A stretch of DNA of 64,000 nt from an uncultured Bacteroidales bacterium (GTDB lineage Bacteria; Bacteroidota; Bacteroidia; Bacteroidales; JAAAOM01), in assembly GCA_964652315.1 (NCBI GenBank), contig CAZZBU010000002.1, positions 7,812 through 71,811 of the forward strand. Direction: 5' to 3'. Made by a program: the position numbers and the translations under genes. The notes under the pieces are model-generated. The model saw only the letters and a list, made by a program, of their open reading frames with translations. It was not told the DNA's origin and did no database searches. The stretch's first letter is position 1; each line of letters begins with the position of its first letter. Shown here piece after piece: positions 56,660 through 64,000 of the stretch.

Positions 56660-59428
56660 ATGATACGTATTTGGAGAAAAATTACAGGGCAGCCTGAGGA
56701 TAATTCGTTGAGCATATCTGAGCAATCGAGGATTCATCTTTCCTTTAAAATGAACCTTATCTTATCAATTGGTTATTTGCTCTACCTTCTGCATGACATT
56801 GTTGCATTCCTCTTTTTTTCTAAACCCTTTAATCCGTTTCTATATATTCTCATCCTTATTATTGCCATTCATGTTCTTGTTTTATATTTGCTACTTAAAG
56901 GTAAGTATATAATATCTAAGGTTTTAATCATATTTTTACCAGGAAGTATGCTTCTGCTTATTCCTGTGATTACCGGTTTTGTCAGAGACGATTTTTTGTT
57001 CTGGTACCCTTACCTGCCCTTATTAATGATGATAATACCTTATATGGTTCTTAACAGTATAAAAAAGAATCCGCTTTTTTACATTGCCTTTGCCTATTAT
57101 TTTCTACTGACATTTTTTGCTGATAAACTGCTCCTTCTCTTTAGTGATCAGGCTGTTAATATGAGCATTTTAATAAGGGAAAACCATTATGTATTCAAAG
57201 TAAACCAAATCAGCATCTTTGTTTTTATCAACCTGGGCTTGTATTATTTTACGAGTGAACGAAACAATCAACACAGGGTAACCGAAGAGAGCGAACAAAC
57301 TTTCCGTGCATTCATTCAGTGCTCACAGGAAGGTATCATTCTAGTCGATGAAAACGGTAAAATAAGCTTTTGGAACAAAACCATGGAATATTTTACAGGC
57401 GTTCCCTCACGCGAAGTAATTCGGATGTCAGCCTGGAAGACATTAACTCAAATGATAAGCATTGATGACAAATCAACCCTGGCAAATAACATTCGGGCTA
57501 GCATTATGTCATCATTCGAACATAATAAATCACAGGGGGAACGGATATATCAGGGGGCGATTATCCCGGGAAAGGGAAAACAAATCCCTATAACGGTGAT
57601 GGTTTTTCCACTAATCGTACAGGAAAATATATTTTTCGGGATTATTTTCAGGGATTTATCCAGTGAGGAGCAAATGATTTCCGAGCTTGATGAATACCGC
57701 ACTAAACTCGAAAACATGATTGAAAAACAGATTCTGGAATATTCCACCCAGAATGATTATTTGAAAAATCTCTTTGATAATGCTGCAGATGGGATTGTGG
57801 TTATTACTCTGCAAGGTAAGATAGTAACTGCCAACCAGAGTGTGCTTGATTTATTGGGATATAGCTGGCGCGAAGTGAAAGATGTACATGTTAGCAGGTT
57901 TTTTCATGAAGAATATCTCAAAGGCAACCCCCTGCGTTTTGGTATTCTTAACCAGGGAAAAACAGTCATAAATACCTTACCGTTGATCTCGAAAACAGGC
58001 AAAGAAGTGTATTTTGAGGCTAAATCAAAAAAACTGACTGACGATAATATCCAGGTCATTTTGCGTGATATCACTGAACGTTTGGCACAACAACAGAAAA
58101 TTCAGGAACAAACTTCTTTGCTCCACTCAGTTATCAATAGCATGCCCTTTGATTTATGGGTTCGTAACCAGGAAATGAGAATGGTTATTCAGAATGAGAA
58201 ATCAAGGGAAATTTGGGGTGACCAGCTTGGAAAAACAATCCGTGATAAGGCTCTGAATGATGAACAGTTTCAGGCATGGCGCAAAAACAACCTTGACGCG
58301 CTCAATGGTAAAGTTGTTGACAGAGAAACCATAACACTGGAGCCTGTAAATCACCAAAGGGTGTATGTTCGAGAAATTCTGGCGCCTGTATATCAGGGTA
58401 ATAAAATTACCGGCGTAATTGGGGTGAATATGGATATCAACCAGCGGAAATACATGGAAAAGGAACTGAAAAAGCATCAGGAGCACCTTGAAGAAATGGT
58501 TGAAATCCGTACTCAGGAAATTCAAGTACTTTACGAAGAACTTTCTAAGGTTAATATCAGTCTGGCACAGAAAAACAAAAAACTTCATGCACAAAAACAG
58601 GAACTTGAAGGAGCCCTGCAAAAACTGAAATTGACGCAAACCCAGCTGATACAATCTGAAAAAATGGCCTCGCTGGGGATCCTTACGGCTGGAGTAGCCC
58701 ATGAAATTAATAATCCGGTTAATTTTATAAGTTCCGGACTAATGGGATTACGGGTACTGAATGAAACGTTCCTGGAAATCGTAAACGCTTATAAAAACAT
58801 CAGAACGGATAATTTGGACGCTGCGCTGAAAGAAATTGAAATATTAAAGAAAGAGGTCGGCTTCGACAAGTTGGGAGAAAACCTTAACCTCATAATGAAT
58901 AACATCGAAACAGGTGTCGAGCGTACAACTGAAATCATAAAAAGTCTTCGTAATTTCAGCCAATCCGATACACGACACATTCAGAATTATGATATCCATG
59001 AAGGCATAGATTCAACCCTGGTAATTCTGCGAACCAGGATAAAAAACCGGATTGAAGTTGAGCGTAACTATGGCAATATTCCAGAAATACCCTGTAGCCC
59101 TGGCTCTATAAACCAGGTGTTTATGAATATTCTGGCAAATGCTACTGAGGCTATAAAGGATCATGGAAGAATTACGATAAGCACCGGATTTAATCCGAAA
59201 AACGAAAAACAAATAAGAATCGTAATTTCTGATACCGGGTATGGGATTCAATCAGAGAACCTGAATAAAGTATTTGAACCCTTCTTTACAACAAAAGACG
59301 TGGGTAAAGGTACTGGACTTGGATTATCAATCAGCTATAAAATAGTAAAAGATCACAGAGGAGAGATTATTGTCAGTAGCGAAATTGGGAAAGGGACTAC
59401 CTTTACTATATTTTTACCTGTAAATTGA
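56660..59428 (+). CDS. membrane-bound multi-PAS sensor histidine kinase (HisKA/HATPase_c)
   Basis: 922 aa. About 6 N-terminal TM helices with only short loops, then several PAS-like modules and a coiled coil. H-box 'GILTAGVAHEINNPVNFI', N-box 'QVFMNILANATEA', and G-boxes 'DTGYGI' and 'GTGLGLS'. Confidence 0.9.
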   Translation: MIRIWRKITGQPEDNSLSISEQSRIHLSFKMNLILSIGYLLYLLHDIVAFLFFSKPFNPFLYILILIIAIHVLVLYLLLKGKYIISKVLIIFLPGSMLLLIPVITGFVRDDFLFWYPYLPLLMMIIPYMVLNSIKKNPLFYIAFAYYFLLTFFADKLLLLFSDQAVNMSILIRENHYVFKVNQISIFVFINLGLYYFTSERNNQHRVTEESEQTFRAFIQCSQEGIILVDENGKISFWNKTMEYFTGVPSREVIRMSAWKTLTQMISIDDKSTLANNIRASIMSSFEHNKSQGERIYQGAIIPGKGKQIPITVMVFPLIVQENIFFGIIFRDLSSEEQMISELDEYRTKLENMIEKQILEYSTQNDYLKNLFDNAADGIVVITLQGKIVTANQSVLDLLGYSWREVKDVHVSRFFHEEYLKGNPLRFGILNQGKTVINTLPLISKTGKEVYFEAKSKKLTDDNIQVILRDITERLAQQQKIQEQTSLLHSVINSMPFDLWVRNQEMRMVIQNEKSREIWGDQLGKTIRDKALNDEQFQAWRKNNLDALNGKVVDRETITLEPVNHQRVYVREILAPVYQGNKITGVIGVNMDINQRKYMEKELKKHQEHLEEMVEIRTQEIQVLYEELSKVNISLAQKNKKLHAQKQELEGALQKLKLTQTQLIQSEKMASLGILTAGVAHEINNPVNFISSGLMGLRVLNETFLEIVNAYKNIRTDNLDAALKEIEILKKEVGFDKLGENLNLIMNNIETGVERTTEIIKSLRNFSQSDTRHIQNYDIHEGIDSTLVILRTRIKNRIEVERNYGNIPEIPCSPGSINQVFMNILANATEAIKDHGRITISTGFNPKNEKQIRIVISDTGYGIQSENLNKVFEPFFTTKDVGKGTGLGLSISYKIVKDHRGEIIVSSEIGKGTTFTIFLPVN

Positions 59429-59432
59429 ATAT

Positions 59433-60887
59433 ATGGAAATGCCTGAAAAATATACCATCCTTTATATTGATGATGAAAAAATTAATCTGGAAAATTTCCA
59501 TCTTGCTTTTTATCGGAAATACAATGTGGTAACAACTCTATCTGCATTGGATGCATTTGAAATTCTACAAAACCAGGAAGTACATGTTATAATCTCGGAT
59601 CAACGCATGCCAAAAATGACAGGTGTTGAATTTTTTGGTAAAGTTAAAAATCAGTATCCTGATATTATACGGATAATCCTCACTGCTTACACAAATGAGA
59701 ATGATGTCCTGAATGCAATCAACAAGGGTGAGGTGTACCGTTACATTACAAAACCCTGGAAAAGGCAGGATGTGGAAATAACCCTGGATAATGCGCTGGA
59801 GGCCTATAATCTTAAACATAGGAACCAGGCTTTGGTGAGAAGCTTACAAGAACAGAACAAAGCGCTGGAAGAAAATGAAAAACGATACCGCTTACTATAC
59901 GAGACAGCCAATGATGCCATTCTCCTGTTGAAGGACGATATAATAATGGAAGCCAACAGCATAAGTCACACTATGTTCCGTTGCGAACCCAATGATTTAA
60001 TTGGATTGCCACTGCACAGGCTTTTTCCCGAAAACCAACCTGACGGCACCGTTTCCCGTGATCTTTCCCTGAAAAAACTCAGTATTGTGAAGGGTGGACG
60101 TACAAAAATTTTTGAATGGCAATACCGTCGCTTTGATGGCAGTCTTTTTTATTCCGAAGTTAGTCTGAACTCCCTGTTACTAAATGAGGAAGTCTTTGTG
60201 CTTGCCATTATCCGCGACATTACCGATCGGAAATATGTAGAGAAAAAGCTGCTTGAAACCATTATTCAGACTGAAGAGAAGGAAAGGATGCGCTTTGCTC
60301 AGGATTTGCACGATGAAGTAGGGCCATTGTTATCCAGTCTCAAAATGTACCTGTCAACCCTGTCGGAAATAAAAGATACCCAAAAGTTGAATACCTTTAT
60401 CAATATGTGCCTTTCTCTGATTACGGAAACCATTGCTACGGTTCGGCGCACATCAAATGCCCTTAGTCCTCACATTCTTAATAATTTTGGTTTGCGTACG
60501 GCCATTGAATCCTTATTGGAAAACACTGGTAATCTTATAAAGGTTGAATTTTACTCAGATATAACCAAAGAGCGTTTTCAGTCGAATACTGAAATTGTCT
60601 ACTATCGTATACTAAAGGAATTAATAAATAACACCTTAAAACACGCAAAAGCTGGTCTAATTAATATCGAGTTGACCTATGACAGAAAAGACCACGTGCT
60701 TGTATTGTTATACAAAGATGATGGTGTAGGTTTTGATTTTGATAGAGAAATAGAAAAAAAGACCGGTGGAATAGGGTTGTTAAATATTTTAAACCGGGCA
60801 AAAACAATAGGAGGAAATTATAAATTTATAAAAAACAAAGAAAAGGGGGTGGAATTTGTCCTTAAAACAAATGCCGACACATTTTAA
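59433..60887 (+). CDS. receiver-PAS-HisKA_3 histidine kinase (N-terminal REC fused to a NarX/LiaS-type kinase)
   Basis: 484 aa. REC 'ILYIDDE', 'VIISDQRMPKMTG', 'ILTAY' and 'YITKPW'. A PAS module follows. H-box 'ERMRFAQDLHDEVGPLLSSL' (HisKA_3 type) and ATPase 'DDGVGFD...GGIGLLNI'. Starts 4 nt after the preceding kinase. Confidence 0.9.
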   Translation: MEMPEKYTILYIDDEKINLENFHLAFYRKYNVVTTLSALDAFEILQNQEVHVIISDQRMPKMTGVEFFGKVKNQYPDIIRIILTAYTNENDVLNAINKGEVYRYITKPWKRQDVEITLDNALEAYNLKHRNQALVRSLQEQNKALEENEKRYRLLYETANDAILLLKDDIIMEANSISHTMFRCEPNDLIGLPLHRLFPENQPDGTVSRDLSLKKLSIVKGGRTKIFEWQYRRFDGSLFYSEVSLNSLLLNEEVFVLAIIRDITDRKYVEKKLLETIIQTEEKERMRFAQDLHDEVGPLLSSLKMYLSTLSEIKDTQKLNTFINMCLSLITETIATVRRTSNALSPHILNNFGLRTAIESLLENTGNLIKVEFYSDITKERFQSNTEIVYYRILKELINNTLKHAKAGLINIELTYDRKDHVLVLLYKDDGVGFDFDREIEKKTGGIGLLNILNRAKTIGGNYKFIKNKEKGVEFVLKTNADTF

Positions 60888-60949
60888 TGAAAAATTATGG
60901 CTGTCATTTTCCGTGATGAATTAAATTTACTAATTATAAAAATCATTGC

Positions 60950-61573
60950 ATGACCGAGTTAATCCTGATTGACGATCATGAAATATTTCGCAACGGGCTG
61001 AAGGTGTTGCTTGAAGCTTCTGGTGACTATCGTGTCATAGGCGAAGCATCAAATGGTGAAGAGGCATTGGATCTTCTAAAACTGATTACTCCTGATTTGA
61101 TTCTGATGGATATTCACATGCCCGGAATGAATGGCCTTGAGTTGTCAAAAAGGGTCATGGAAAAATACGCCACAATGAATATACTGATACTTTCAATGTA
61201 TGATGATAAACAGTATTATGAAAAGCTCATTGATAATGGAGTAAAGGGATTTATACTCAAGGATTCAAATTTTGATGAATTGCAAACAGCGATAAACCGC
61301 ATCAATGCCGGTTCAACCTATTTTTCCCAGGAATTATTGTTGAAACTTGTCAACGAAAAAAAGCAAAATCCGGAAGATGCTTTTACAAGCCGCGAAATGG
61401 AAATTCTGCAACTGCTGGCCAAAGGTTTGTCCACTCAGGAAATTGCTGACCAGTTATATATAAGTTTCAGGACTGTGGAGCGGCATCGCGCAAATCTTCT
61501 GACCAAAACCAATACAAATAATTCCTTAAAACTTTTGGTATACGCTATCAAACACAATCTGGTAAGAATCTAA
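60950..61573 (+). CDS. NarL/FixJ (LuxR-HTH) family response regulator
   Basis: 207 aa. 'LILIDDHEIFRNGL', 'LILMDIHMPGMNG', 'ILSMYD' and the GerE HTH 'REMEILQLLAKGLSTQEIADQLYISFRTVERHRANLL'. Confidence 0.93.
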   Translation: MTELILIDDHEIFRNGLKVLLEASGDYRVIGEASNGEEALDLLKLITPDLILMDIHMPGMNGLELSKRVMEKYATMNILILSMYDDKQYYEKLIDNGVKGFILKDSNFDELQTAINRINAGSTYFSQELLLKLVNEKKQNPEDAFTSREMEILQLLAKGLSTQEIADQLYISFRTVERHRANLLTKTNTNNSLKLLVYAIKHNLVRI

Positions 61574-61597
61574 CCTTATCCATCATGTGTGAGTGAA

Positions 61598-61621
61598 TTC
61601 ACCCAATAGAATTTGGGTGAA
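61598..61621. promoter_or_regulatory. 9-6-9 perfect inverted repeat between the NarL-type RR gene and the yfiR-like gene
   Basis: TTCACCCAA-tagaat-TTGGGTGAA. It overlaps a second perfect palindrome, GTGAATTCAC (61593-61602). It is followed by A5, not a U-tract. Confidence 0.4.
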
Positions 61622-61719
61622 AAAACTTGAATAATGGTTGAATTCTCCCTTCTGCACTTTAATTGGCTGAGTTATTTTTGACTTTAACTAATTATAGATA
61701 GTTGAAAAGCTAATTATAT

Positions 61720-62235
61720 ATGTATATGAAAAAGCTAATTGTTATTATTGCGATAAGTGTGTTTGCCGTTACTGGTGCATTTTCACAGGTTAATAAATTT
61801 ATGGCCATGTATATTTACAATTTTTCACGTCTTGTAGAATGGCCGGAAGAATACCGGAGTGGGAATTTTGTTATTGGCACTATTGGCAATACCTCTCTGA
61901 ATTATGAAATGGAAATGTTCGTGAGAAATAAAAAGACTGGTAATCAGGAATTTTACGTCAAGAGTTTTGATGATGTTTCCAGTATATCGAAATGCAATAT
62001 TTTATTTGTTGCAGATTCTGAGAAGAATAATTTTGATGCTATTCTTAATAAACTGTATGGTACAAATACTTTAATTATTACCGAGGATAAGGAATTAATA
62101 AATAAAGGTGCAGTAATCAGCTTTACGTTAGTCGAAGGTAAACTGAAGTTTTATTATAATTCTGAGAACGCTCGAAAGAGCGGACTTAAAGTCAGTACTT
62201 CACTGGAGAATATGGCATTAGCCAATAGCGAATAA
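61720..62235 (+). CDS. YfiR-family (DUF4154) periplasmic protein
   Basis: 171 aa with a signal peptide '..VTGAFSQ'. 'FMAMYIYNFSRLVEWPEE', 'CNILFVADSE', 'TLIITED' and 'GAVISFTLVEGKLKFYYNSENARKSGLKVSTSL' fit the DUF4154 pattern. Confidence 0.78.
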   Translation: MYMKKLIVIIAISVFAVTGAFSQVNKFMAMYIYNFSRLVEWPEEYRSGNFVIGTIGNTSLNYEMEMFVRNKKTGNQEFYVKSFDDVSSISKCNILFVADSEKNNFDAILNKLYGTNTLIITEDKELINKGAVISFTLVEGKLKFYYNSENARKSGLKVSTSLENMALANSE

Positions 62236-62243
62236 ACATTAAA

Positions 62244-62275
62244 AGGATACCTTCAATACGGTATCTTTTTTTTTT
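62244..62275 (+). terminator. intrinsic terminator after the yfiR-like gene
   Basis: AGGATACC - loop TTCAATAC - GGTATCTT (8 bp including one G-U), followed by a long T-run. Confidence 0.75.
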
Positions 62276-62359
62276 GGATATGAGGCAATGCAGATTAAAA
62301 TTATCACAAACCATTGCCGGGTTTTATTGATGTCATTATTTTAAATTAGTCTCTAGTAT

Positions 62360-62734
62360 ATGAAATATAATATTCTTATTGTCGATGACAATGCCAGGTT
62401 TATTGAGTCATTTCATACAATTTTAATGTTTTATTTTTCCGAAAAAATTGAAAACATCTATACAGCTTCTAATGCTGAAGAATGCCTGAATGTTTTGGTT
62501 AAAAATAAGGTTGAAATTGTTTTCATGGATTTTGATATGCCGGAAAAAAATGGAGAGGAATTAACAAGAATAATTACCGAATACTACAGATATATTAAAA
62601 TTATTGCTGTATCTTTTCATAAAGAGCATCAGGTTCTTTCGCGAATGATTCTGGCAGGTGCACGTGCATACATCAATAAAGAAGAAATCAACCGCGAAAC
62701 GCTCAGCCGTTGTTTCGCACTGGATTTGGGTTAA
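62360..62734 (+). CDS. stand-alone response-regulator receiver
   Basis: 124 aa. 'ILIVDDN', 'IVFMDFDMPEKNG', 'IIAVSF' and 'AYINKEE'. Confidence 0.8.
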   Translation: MKYNILIVDDNARFIESFHTILMFYFSEKIENIYTASNAEECLNVLVKNKVEIVFMDFDMPEKNGEELTRIITEYYRYIKIIAVSFHKEHQVLSRMILAGARAYINKEEINRETLSRCFALDLG

Positions 62735-62794
62735 TAAACAAAATCCTGCATTCATCCAATAAAATGTCTAACTCATCAAACCTAGCCCTCTCCG

Positions 62795-62808
62795 GTGATT
62801 TAAATCAC
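62795..62808. promoter_or_regulatory. 14-bp perfect palindrome upstream of lipoprotein paralogue B (candidate operator)
   Basis: GTGATTTAAATCAC is its own reverse complement, 78 nt upstream of ATG 62886. Confidence 0.35.
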
Positions 62809-62885
62809 TCTTAATCATATAACTTTTAAACTTTTCAGGAGTAAAACTTACAAAGAAATAATTGGGTTAAACAAAAAAAAGCATC

Positions 62886-63437
62886 ATGATTGGAAAAAGA
62901 ATTACTTTGATTACCGGAATCGTTTTGGCATTTGCAGTTACTAGTTGTGAAGGTCTGCTTGATTTAGGTTTGGAAATAGATACAGATACTACCACGGTTG
63001 AGTTTACTGTATTGCCAACCGACGTCACAGGTGAACAGATTTTTGCAACCAGCATTGTTGATTCGGAACTGGACAGTACGCTTGCAGAAAATGATTTAAC
63101 CCTGGATGAGCTTACCTCGGTGAAATTAAAGGAGGCTACCATTGAGCTTTTAAATGAAGATGAAACAGTGAATTTTGATTTCTTTGAGTGCCTGGAAGCA
63201 ACCATTGAAGTAGATGGATTGCCTGAAACTGTGATTGCTGTGGCAGATTCAATTCCTGCCGGAGCACGAAAAATTACCTGCAAGGTAATGCCCGAAGAAT
63301 TGCTGCCCTTTCTTGAACACAATCAGTATACGCTCAGGGCAAAAGGTGTTAGCACAGCTCCCATTAACGATACTTTATACATCAAAGGTCAACTGAAGTT
63401 TGCAATTCATGCCCCAGCTTCTGACCTTGCCGAATAA
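62886..63437 (+). CDS. acidic lipoprotein of unknown function (paralogue of 1965..2498)
   Basis: 183 aa, lipobox 'AVTSC'. Gap-free colinear similarity to the 177-aa lipoprotein at 1965..2498. Confidence 0.7.
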   Translation: MIGKRITLITGIVLAFAVTSCEGLLDLGLEIDTDTTTVEFTVLPTDVTGEQIFATSIVDSELDSTLAENDLTLDELTSVKLKEATIELLNEDETVNFDFFECLEATIEVDGLPETVIAVADSIPAGARKITCKVMPEELLPFLEHNQYTLRAKGVSTAPINDTLYIKGQLKFAIHAPASDLAE

Positions 63438-63463
63438 GATATATTCAGGTTTATATGCTTATT

Positions 63464-63491
63464 AAGCTGCCTTTTTAAGGCGGCTTTTTTT
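63464..63491. terminator. terminator hairpin between convergent lipoprotein and yaaA genes
   Basis: AAGCTGCC - TTTTTAA - GGCGGCTT (8 bp including one G-U), followed by a T-run. Confidence 0.6.
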
Positions 63492-64000
63492 ATCCCCTGG
63501 TAAATACAAATTCTTTACCTGTTGACATTGTTTCATTATAAAAATATCCTTCCTCTTCAAAGTTTTTTAGTTGTTCAGGATCTTCTATCCTGTTTTTTAC
63601 AATAAAACGCGTCATCATGCCCCTGGCTTTTTTCACATAAACAAAAAGCGGCTTGTATTTTCCGTTTTTGTAGTCTTTAAATACTGGGGTGATGATTTTA
63701 GCATTCACTATCTTAAAATTTATGGGTTTGGTATATTCATTGGAAGCCAGGTTAATCAATACCTTTTCCTTGTTTAGAACCTTCACAATGTCGTCAGTGA
63801 TAGTGTCTTTCCAGTATTCTGTTAGATTTTTATGCCCGTTTACAGCCAGCTTTGTGCCCATTTCCAACCGATAGGGTTTAATTAAGTCCAGTGGGCGGAG
63901 TACGCCATGTAGTCCACTCAGAATGCGGACATGATCCTGGGCGTATAATAGTTCTTCTTCCGTTAGGGTTTCAGCTTTTAACCCATTGTAAACCTCTCCG
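63490..64000 (-). CDS. yaaA: YaaA/DUF328-family peroxide-stress protein (5' end beyond window)
   Basis: The ORF track starts at a TTG (63867), but the frame stays open to the window edge. My translation of 63868..63999 gives 'GEVYNGLKAETLTEEELLYAQDHVRILSGLHGVLRPLDLIKPYR', followed by 'LEMG'. This includes the family hallmark SGL.G.LRPLD.I.PYRLEM. Confidence 0.8.
   Translation of the reverse strand, partial: GEVYNGLKAETLTEEELLYAQDHVRILSGLHGVLRPLDLIKPYRLEMGTKLAVNGHKNLTEYWKDTITDDIVKVLNKEKVLINLASNEYTKPINFKIVNAKIITPVFKDYKNGKYKPLFVYVKKARGMMTRFIVKNRIEDPEQLKNFEEEGYFYNETMSTGKEFVFTRG

Noticed and set aside
62867-63322. 151-aa Ser-rich minus-strand ORF overlapping lipoprotein B, and 1913..2275 overlapping lipoprotein A
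   Set aside because: The plus-strand ORFs have signal peptides with a lipobox and are mutually homologous. The Ser-rich antisense frames are a compositional mirror of Asp/Glu/Leu-rich coding sequence.

Overview
AT-rich, densely coding segment with about 53 protein genes. By eye I found no rRNA, tRNA, CRISPR array, transposase, integrase or phage genes. It reads as core chromosome of a Bacteroidota organism, probably anaerobic or facultative. Supporting markers are a T9SS type-B C-terminal sorting-domain protein, TAnnTTTG-type promoter boxes, many lipobox lipoproteins, exbB-exbD-tonB, TamB and an rseC-rnfBCDGEA operon. Recognisable housekeeping genes include a POT peptide transporter, an SNF2 helicase, purA-fur-relA/spoT, glyA, tsaD, ftsE, gyrB, trxB and a partial yaaA. 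There are also two adjacent phosphofructokinase paralogues and two tandem CBS-domain CLC channels. All family calls come from motif recall on the supplied translations; no searches were run. I see no defence island, mobile element or clearly novel multi-gene machine. The most system-like unexplained region is the signalling cluster at 56.6-63.4 kb. It holds a polytopic PAS histidine kinase, a receiver-PAS-HisKA_3 kinase starting 4 nt later, a NarL/LuxR response regulator, a YfiR-like periplasmic protein with no GGDEF partner, and a lone receiver. Its intergenic regions carry perfect GTGA/TCAC-type palindromes, and it is followed by an acidic lipoprotein whose paralogue lies 61 kb away at the other end of the window. 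Secondary oddities are a Mesh1-like small alarmone hydrolase divergent from an orphan SiaC/DUF1987 gene, CLC paralogues with His at the selectivity-filter Ser position, PPi-type residues in both PFK genes, and a truncated DUF3108-like remnant marking a local rearrangement.
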